DNA from: Alphaproteobacteria bacterium | Lineage (GTDB): Bacteria > Pseudomonadota > Alphaproteobacteria > Rhodobacterales > Rhodobacteraceae | Assembly (NCBI GenBank): GCA_030428355.1 | Contig: JAUIBL010000013.1 | Span: 13,849-77,848 of the forward strand | Length of the DNA: 64,000 bases | Reading direction: 5' to 3' | In this document: in pieces, positions 58,737-64,000 of the stretch | Layout of the letters: every line of letters begins with the position of its first letter | How positions within the stretch are numbered: position 1 is the stretch's first letter | Position numbers and translations under genes: made by a program | Notes under the pieces: generated by a model | Seen by the model: the letters and a program-made list of their open reading frames with translations, nothing else | Told to the model about the DNA's origin: nothing | Database searches by the model: none

Positions 58737-60039
58737 ACTCGCCGAACACCCGGGCGAAGATCGTGTCCACGTGCTTGGTGTGATAGCCGAGGTCGAATTT
58801 CTCTTCGATCTCCTCGGCGCTCAGCGCCTTGCGCACATCCGCATCGTTCAGCAGCTCTTCCTTGAAATCGGTCCGGTGTTCCCAGACCTTAAGGGCGTTG
58901 CGCTGAACATAGGTATAGGCATCCTCGCGGCTCACCCCTGCTTGGGTCAACGCCAGAAGCACGCGCTGCGACATCACGAGACCCGGAAACTTGTTCATGT
59001 TTTCCAGCATGTTCTCGGGGAAAACGAGCATCTTGTCGATCACACCGGTCAGACGGACCAGCGCGAAATCGAGCGTGATCGTGGCATCCGGTCCGATCAT
59101 CCGCTCGACCGAGGAATGCGAGATGTCGCGTTCATGCCAAAGCGCCACGTTCTCCATCGCCGGGATCACGGCGGAGCGCACCATACGGGCGAGACCGGTG
59201 AGGTTCTCGGTCAGCACGGGGTTCTTCTTGTGCGGCATCGCCGAAGACCCCTTCTGGCCCATCGAGAAGAACTCCGCCCCTTCCAGCACCTCGGTGCGCT
59301 GCATGTGGCGGATCTCGATGGCGACGTTTTCGATGCTGCTGGCGATCACGCCGAGCGTGGCAAAGAAGGCCGCGTGCCTGTCGCGCGGGATCACCTGCGT
59401 GCTGATCGGTTCCGGCACGAGGCCCAGCTTGTCGCAGACATGCTCTTCGACGCGGGGGTCGATATTGGCGAAGGTGCCGACGGCACCGGAAATCGCGCCC
59501 GTGGCGATCTCGGCCCGCGCATCGCGCATCCGGCTCAGGTTGCGGTCCATCTCGGCGTAGAAGCGGGCAAAGGTCAGACCCATTGTCGTGGGTTCGGCAT
59601 GGATGCCGTGCGAACGGCCGATGCGCACCGTGTCCTTGTGCTCGTAGGCGCGGCGCTTGAGCGCGGCCAGCAGTCCTTCGAGGTCCTTGATCAGAATGTC
59701 CGAGGCGCGGACAAGCTGCACGTTGAAACAGGTGTCGAGCACGTCCGACGACGTCATGCCCTGATGCACGAAGCGCGCCTCTTCCGCACCCACATGCTCG
59801 GCCAGATGGGTCAGGAAGGCGATCACGTCATGCTTGGTCACCGCCTCGATCTCGTCGATGCGGGCCACGTCGAATTCGACGTCCTTGGCTTTCCACACCG
59901 CCTCGGCATTCTCGCGCGGGATCACACCCAGATCGGCCATCGCGTCGCAGGCATGGGCCTCGATCTCGTACCAGATGCGGAACTTGGTGGCCGGTTCCCA
60001 GATCGACACCATCTCGGGGCGGGAATAACGGGGGATCAT
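58735..60039 (-). CDS. purB: Adenylosuccinate lyase
   Basis: MIPRYS, KHDVIAF, GRSHGIHAEP, GSSAMPHKKNP. Confidence 0.97.
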   Translation of the reverse strand: MIPRYSRPEMVSIWEPATKFRIWYEIEAHACDAMADLGVIPRENAEAVWKAKDVEFDVARIDEIEAVTKHDVIAFLTHLAEHVGAEEARFVHQGMTSSDVLDTCFNVQLVRASDILIKDLEGLLAALKRRAYEHKDTVRIGRSHGIHAEPTTMGLTFARFYAEMDRNLSRMRDARAEIATGAISGAVGTFANIDPRVEEHVCDKLGLVPEPISTQVIPRDRHAAFFATLGVIASSIENVAIEIRHMQRTEVLEGAEFFSMGQKGSSAMPHKKNPVLTENLTGLARMVRSAVIPAMENVALWHERDISHSSVERMIGPDATITLDFALVRLTGVIDKMLVFPENMLENMNKFPGLVMSQRVLLALTQAGVSREDAYTYVQRNALKVWEHRTDFKEELLNDADVRKALSAEEIEEKFDLGYHTKHVDTIFARVFGE

Positions 60040-60167
60040 GTGCGCGATCCTTTCATCGGTTGACTTGCGGAAATCTGGCGCCCTCCTAGACTGCGGGCCG
60101 AAGCGCGACAAGAGAGGCCAGGAAGAATGAGACGCTTTGCCCTGACGCTGCGGGACCGGACCGCCTG

Positions 60168-60605
60168 ATGACCGTCACTGCCCTGCCTCGATTTGCCGAT
60201 TTCGCGGGCCAATGGCATGTGGAACGTCACATTACCGACCGTCATGCGCAGAGCACCGGGCGCTTTGAGGGGATCGCGCGCTTCACTCCGGACAATAGGG
60301 GCTTCGCCTATCATGAATCCGGGCATCTTCACCTGCCCGGCCATGCCCCTTTTGTCGCCGAACGCCGCTACCATTGGCGGCTCGAGAACGGCGAGGTGAT
60401 CATCGACTTCGAGGACGGGCGGTTCTTTCACAGCATCCGCGACACCGATACGGAAGCGACGCATTGGTGTGACCCCGATCACTACGTCGTCCGCTACGAT
60501 TTCACCGATTGGCCGAACTGGTCCAGCCGATGGACGGTGTCCGGTCCCAGAAAAGCCTATGAAATGATCACCCGGTACAGCCGTGCAGAGCCCGATCGCA
60601 GATAG
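60168..60605 (+). CDS. DUF6314-like hypothetical protein
   Basis: FAGQW...R, YHESG, FEDGRFFH, HWCDPDHY, VSGPRKAY. Confidence 0.78.
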   Translation: MTVTALPRFADFAGQWHVERHITDRHAQSTGRFEGIARFTPDNRGFAYHESGHLHLPGHAPFVAERRYHWRLENGEVIIDFEDGRFFHSIRDTDTEATHWCDPDHYVVRYDFTDWPNWSSRWTVSGPRKAYEMITRYSRAEPDRR

Positions 60606-60665
60606 ATTTTGCCAAATCGCCAAAGCCTGCTACCTTTGCGTCACCCAACAACAGGAGAATGACTG

Positions 60666-60827
60666 ATGACCATCAAGACACTTCTGACCACGTCGGCTCT
60701 GCTCATTGCCAGCGCAACAGCCAGTCTGGCGGAATGCCAGTGGGGCAAGGAACAGGTCACGATGACCTGTGCAAGCGGCACCGTCTATGACGCCGAAACA
60801 AACACCTGCAAGGTTGTGAGCAGCTAA
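60666..60827 (+). CDS. Small secreted Cys-containing peptide (53 aa)
   Basis: Manual translation MTIKTLLTTSALLIASATASLAECQWGKEQVTMTCASGTVYDAETNTCKVVSS*; AGGAGA RBS 7 nt upstream; signal peptide; terminator after. Confidence 0.8.
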   Translation: MTIKTLLTTSALLIASATASLAECQWGKEQVTMTCASGTVYDAETNTCKVVSS

Positions 60828-60849
60828 AACACCGCGATCACAGCGTCTT

Positions 60850-60877
60850 GAGGCGGCCGTCATGGCCGTCTTTTTTA
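60850..60877 (+). terminator. Intrinsic terminator
   Basis: AGGCGGCC-gtcat-GGCCGTCT followed by a T run. Confidence 0.65.
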
Positions 60878-60920
60878 TGGGCGCTACCTGTTGTTTGAGA
60901 ACTCAGTCGGAGGTGAGCAC

Positions 60921-61457
60921 ATGCGCGGTGTTTTTCTGTCCCTGGCGCTTTCGGTTGCGCCGCTTGCAGCACTTGCTGTGGGCTTCAACGACGATGATCC
61001 CCCGACACCGACAGAGACCACAACCACCTGCACCAAGGGTCAGATTTGGGACGCAGATGCGAAATCCTGTGTGGAGCCCGACAAAAGCAGTCTGAACGAC
61101 ACGGATCGCATGAACGCAGTGCGGGAACTGGCCTATGCAGGCCGCCTGTCAGAGGCCGCGCGCGTGCTTGATGCCGTCACGGACCAAGGCGCAGACGCCG
61201 TTCTGACCTATCGCGGGTTCATCGCGCGCAAGTCGGGCCAAAGCGATGCAGCCTTTGCGTGGTACAAACGCGCCCTTACGGCGAACCCCGATAACCTTCT
61301 GGCGCGGTCCTATCTGGGTCAGTGGTATGTCGAGACGGGCAATATCACTCTGGCCCGCGCGGAACTCAGCGAAATCCGCCATCGCGGAGGTCGGTCGACA
61401 TGGCCTGAAGTGTCGCTGCGGATGGCGATTCAATCGGGTGCTGGCTACAGCTACTGA
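60921..61457 (+). CDS. Secreted tetratricopeptide repeat protein
   Basis: Signal peptide, CTKGQIWDADAKSC, TPR-like LTYRGFIARKSG...YKRALTANPDNLLARSYLGQ; GGAGGTG RBS. Confidence 0.85.
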   Translation: MRGVFLSLALSVAPLAALAVGFNDDDPPTPTETTTTCTKGQIWDADAKSCVEPDKSSLNDTDRMNAVRELAYAGRLSEAARVLDAVTDQGADAVLTYRGFIARKSGQSDAAFAWYKRALTANPDNLLARSYLGQWYVETGNITLARAELSEIRHRGGRSTWPEVSLRMAIQSGAGYSY

Positions 61458-61511
61458 CGCTTTGTTAACTTTGTTGCCTTAGCTCTGTCCCATCGGAATG
61501 GAGCAAGGCAC

Positions 61512-62570
61512 ATGACCCAAATGACCACACTGGCCCGCTCTTCTGCGGGCACGCCGCCCGCGGTGCCCCGGCTGTCACGCCGGGCCAAGGCGGCGGTCGT
61601 CGTTCAATTCATCCTCAAGGAAGGCGCAAATGTCCCGCTGACGGCCTTGCCGGAAGATCTGCAGCTTCAGCTCACCCAGCTTCTTGGGGAGATGCGCTAT
61701 ATCGACAGGGCCACGATGCACGCCGTAATCTCCGAATTCTCGGACGAGCTCGACTCGATCGGGCTGTCTTTCCCGGGCAATATCGCGGGGGCCCTATCGG
61801 CGCTGGACGGAAAGATCAGCGCACAAACCGCGGCCCGTCTGCGCAAGGAAGCCGGTGTCAGACAGATCGGCGATCCCTGGCAACGCCTTGCCGCACTGCC
61901 CGTCGAACGGTTGCAAGCCTTTGTGACCTCTGAATCCACCCAGGTGGCCGCCGTGCTGTTATCGAAACTCGACGTGTCCAAGGCGGCAGAGCTGCTTGGC
62001 ACGCTGCCCGGCGACGTGGCACGGCGCATCACCTATGCGATGTCGATGACCGACGCGGTGACACCCGATGCGGTGGACCGCATTGGTCTCAGCCTTGCGG
62101 CACAGTTGGATTCTGACCCGCTCAAGGCGTTCCGCGGCCAACCTTCCGAACGGGTCGGCGCGATCCTGAATTTCTCCCGCGCGGCGACACGGGATCAATT
62201 GCTCACCGCCCTTGATGAAGAGGACAAGGGATTTGCCGAAAAGGTGCGCAAATCGATCTTTACCTTTGCGCATATCCCCGATCGCATGAATGCCATCGAC
62301 GTTCCCAAGATCACCCGGGATGTCGATCAAGACACACTGGCGCAGGTCATTGCGGGGGTGGTGGCCGATGTCGACCGTCGCAGCGTCGATTTCATATTAT
62401 CAAATATTTCCAAAAGAATGGCGGACGGTCTTCGTGAATTGAGTGAAGAGAGGACAGAGGTGAAACCAAAAGACGCCGAAGCCGCGATGAGCGAAATTGT
62501 CCGCGTCATTCGGGCCCTTGCCGACAGCGGAGAGATCACGCTCGTGCCTCCCTCGGACGCGGACGATTAA
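61512..62570 (+). CDS. fliG: FliG-like flagellar motor switch protein
   Basis: LSRRAKAAVVV, ESTQVAAVLLSKL, IFTFAHI, NISKRMA, AEAAMSEIV; GGAG RBS. Confidence 0.75.
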   Translation: MTQMTTLARSSAGTPPAVPRLSRRAKAAVVVQFILKEGANVPLTALPEDLQLQLTQLLGEMRYIDRATMHAVISEFSDELDSIGLSFPGNIAGALSALDGKISAQTAARLRKEAGVRQIGDPWQRLAALPVERLQAFVTSESTQVAAVLLSKLDVSKAAELLGTLPGDVARRITYAMSMTDAVTPDAVDRIGLSLAAQLDSDPLKAFRGQPSERVGAILNFSRAATRDQLLTALDEEDKGFAEKVRKSIFTFAHIPDRMNAIDVPKITRDVDQDTLAQVIAGVVADVDRRSVDFILSNISKRMADGLRELSEERTEVKPKDAEAAMSEIVRVIRALADSGEITLVPPSDADD

Positions 62571-63670
62571 GGCCGGATCACCGACCCGCTGTCCTTGCGG
62601 AACACGAAACAGCGGTCGCGCCGCACGGTCAGCCACATGACGGTCCCGGGCTTGGGAAGAAACACGTTCGGAACCGTGGCCCGAATGATGCTCTGGTCAT
62701 AGTCCATCCGGAATTCCACAAGGCTTTCCGACCCCATGAAGCGTGCGCGTTCCACCACACCGCGCGCAGGTGTGCCAGCCAGCGGTGTCGGGTTTGGCCC
62801 GCGTCCATGACGGTCGAAGTCTATGCCCACATGCTGGGGCCGGAACACGATCTCGACCTGCCCGCCATCTGGTACACCGGGGGCCAGGAATTGCCCGAAA
62901 GGTGTATCGGTCAGCGCGCCGCGCACCGTGCCGGTCAGCAGGTTGATGTCGGAAAAGAACGCAACCGCCGCCTTGTCGGCGGGCGCGTTGTAGATGTTGT
63001 AGGGCGCCCCGCGCTGCACGATCCTGCCGTCGCGCATCAGCGCGATCTCGTCGGCCATGCGCATCGCTTCTTCCGGTTCATGTGTGACCAGAAGAACCGA
63101 GGTGCCTTCGTCCTTGAGCAAGGCCAGAGTTTCGTCGCGGATGCCATCGCGCAGGCGGTTGTCCAGACCGGAAAACGGCTCGTCCATCAGCATGATCGAC
63201 GGTCGCGGCGCGATGGCACGGGCCAATGCGACGCGCTGCTGTTCCCCACCAGACAGCTGGTGTGGATATTCGTTGATGTAATGCGACAGCCCCACCCGTT
63301 CGAGCAACTCTCCCACGCGGGGCAGCTTGTCCTTGCGCGATCCGGTCAGACCGAAACCCACATTGTCCCCCACCGTAAGGTGCGGAAAAAGCGCAAAATC
63401 CTGGAAGATCAGACCGATGGACCGCCGTTCCGGGGGCACGCGATAGACCGTGTCGCAGATCAGGTTGCCATCCACATGGATCGTGCCGCTGGTCTGCATG
63501 TCCACACCCGCGATGATGCGCAGCGTCGTGGATTTCCCGCACCCGGATGGACCCAGCAGGCAGGTCACATGGCCCGGTTGAATCGCCAGAGACACGTCAT
63601 CCACCACGCGCTTGCCGTCATAGTCGCGCACGATATTGCGGATTTCGAGCCGGGGATGGGTGCCGGTCAC
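62567..63670 (-). CDS. ABC transporter ATP-binding protein (FbpC/PotA-like)
   Basis: GPSGCGKST, FQDFALFPHL, LSGGEQQR, DEPFSGLD, TOBE-like C-terminus. Confidence 0.9.
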   Translation of the reverse strand: MTGTHPRLEIRNIVRDYDGKRVVDDVSLAIQPGHVTCLLGPSGCGKSTTLRIIAGVDMQTSGTIHVDGNLICDTVYRVPPERRSIGLIFQDFALFPHLTVGDNVGFGLTGSRKDKLPRVGELLERVGLSHYINEYPHQLSGGEQQRVALARAIAPRPSIMLMDEPFSGLDNRLRDGIRDETLALLKDEGTSVLLVTHEPEEAMRMADEIALMRDGRIVQRGAPYNIYNAPADKAAVAFFSDINLLTGTVRGALTDTPFGQFLAPGVPDGGQVEIVFRPQHVGIDFDRHGRGPNPTPLAGTPARGVVERARFMGSESLVEFRMDYDQSIIRATVPNVFLPKPGTVMWLTVRRDRCFVFRKDSGSVIRP

Positions 63671-63750
63671 TGCTGCCTCACGAGTTTTCCGAGTAAAAGT
63701 ATCGGATTAGCTCATGTCAGGTATCAGCCTGATTGCGCCACGGCAACCCC

Positions 63751-64000
63751 TCAGGCCCGCGTCGTGCCGTCGCCCACAACGATGTATTTGAAACTGGTCA
63801 ACTGCTCGGCGCCCACCGGGCCACGCGCATGCATCTTGCCCGTGGCGATCCCGATTTCGGCCCCCATGCCGAACTCGCCCCCATCCGCAAACTGGGTCGA
63901 GGCGTTGCGCATCAGGATGGCACTGTCGATCCGTTCGAAGAATCTGTCCGCCGCCGCATCGTCTTCGGTCAGGATGCAGTCGGTGTGGTTCGAACTGTAG
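63751..64000 (-). CDS. proA: Glutamate-5-semialdehyde dehydrogenase (C-terminal part)
   Basis: Manual translation ...[12 protein letters not shown]...[41 protein letters not shown]...*. Confidence 0.95.
   Translation of the reverse strand, partial: YSSNHTDCILTEDDAAADRFFERIDSAILMRNASTQFADGGEFGMGAEIGIATGKMHARGPVGAEQLTSFKYIVVGDGTTRA

Overview
GC-rich chromosomal segment of an alphaproteobacterium. Gene content and order point to Rhodobacteraceae/roseobacter group (inference). It is mostly core genome. In order it carries: a partial DUF853 ATPase, ialB-like gene, the pyrH-frr-uppS-cdsA-dxr-rseP-bamA-skp-fabZ-lpxA-lpxI-lpxB envelope cluster, miaA, an Opp/Dpp-type ABC importer, Flp pilin, lytic transglycosylase, ssb, aroKB, xerD, corC, two divergent GcvT-family oxidoreductases, an AttEFGH-like ABC/lipocalin operon, a membrane protein + AAA+ ATPase + vWA/peptidase-like operon, cytochrome c, a subtilase-like RTX/DUF4214 protein next to tRNA-Leu(CAA), Lrp-arginase-ornithine cyclodeaminase, dctBD-like genes, purCSQ, ATP synthase zeta, two saccharopine dehydrogenases, purB, a fliG-like gene and partial proA. 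I saw no CRISPR array, IS or prophage. The least-explained signals are: (i) the three-gene membrane/AAA+/vWA operon whose peptidase-like motif reads HHxxH; (ii) a 53-aa secreted Cys peptide sharing a C-x2-G-x2-[YW]-D-x5-C motif with the adjacent secreted TPR protein; (iii) two intergenic sRNA candidates bounded by a promoter and terminator; (iv) clusters of tandem palindromes between convergent genes, one with four TTCGA-centred hairpins; (v) several small membrane ORFs missed or mis-started by the ORF track. All calls come from reading motifs by eye; no database searches were run.
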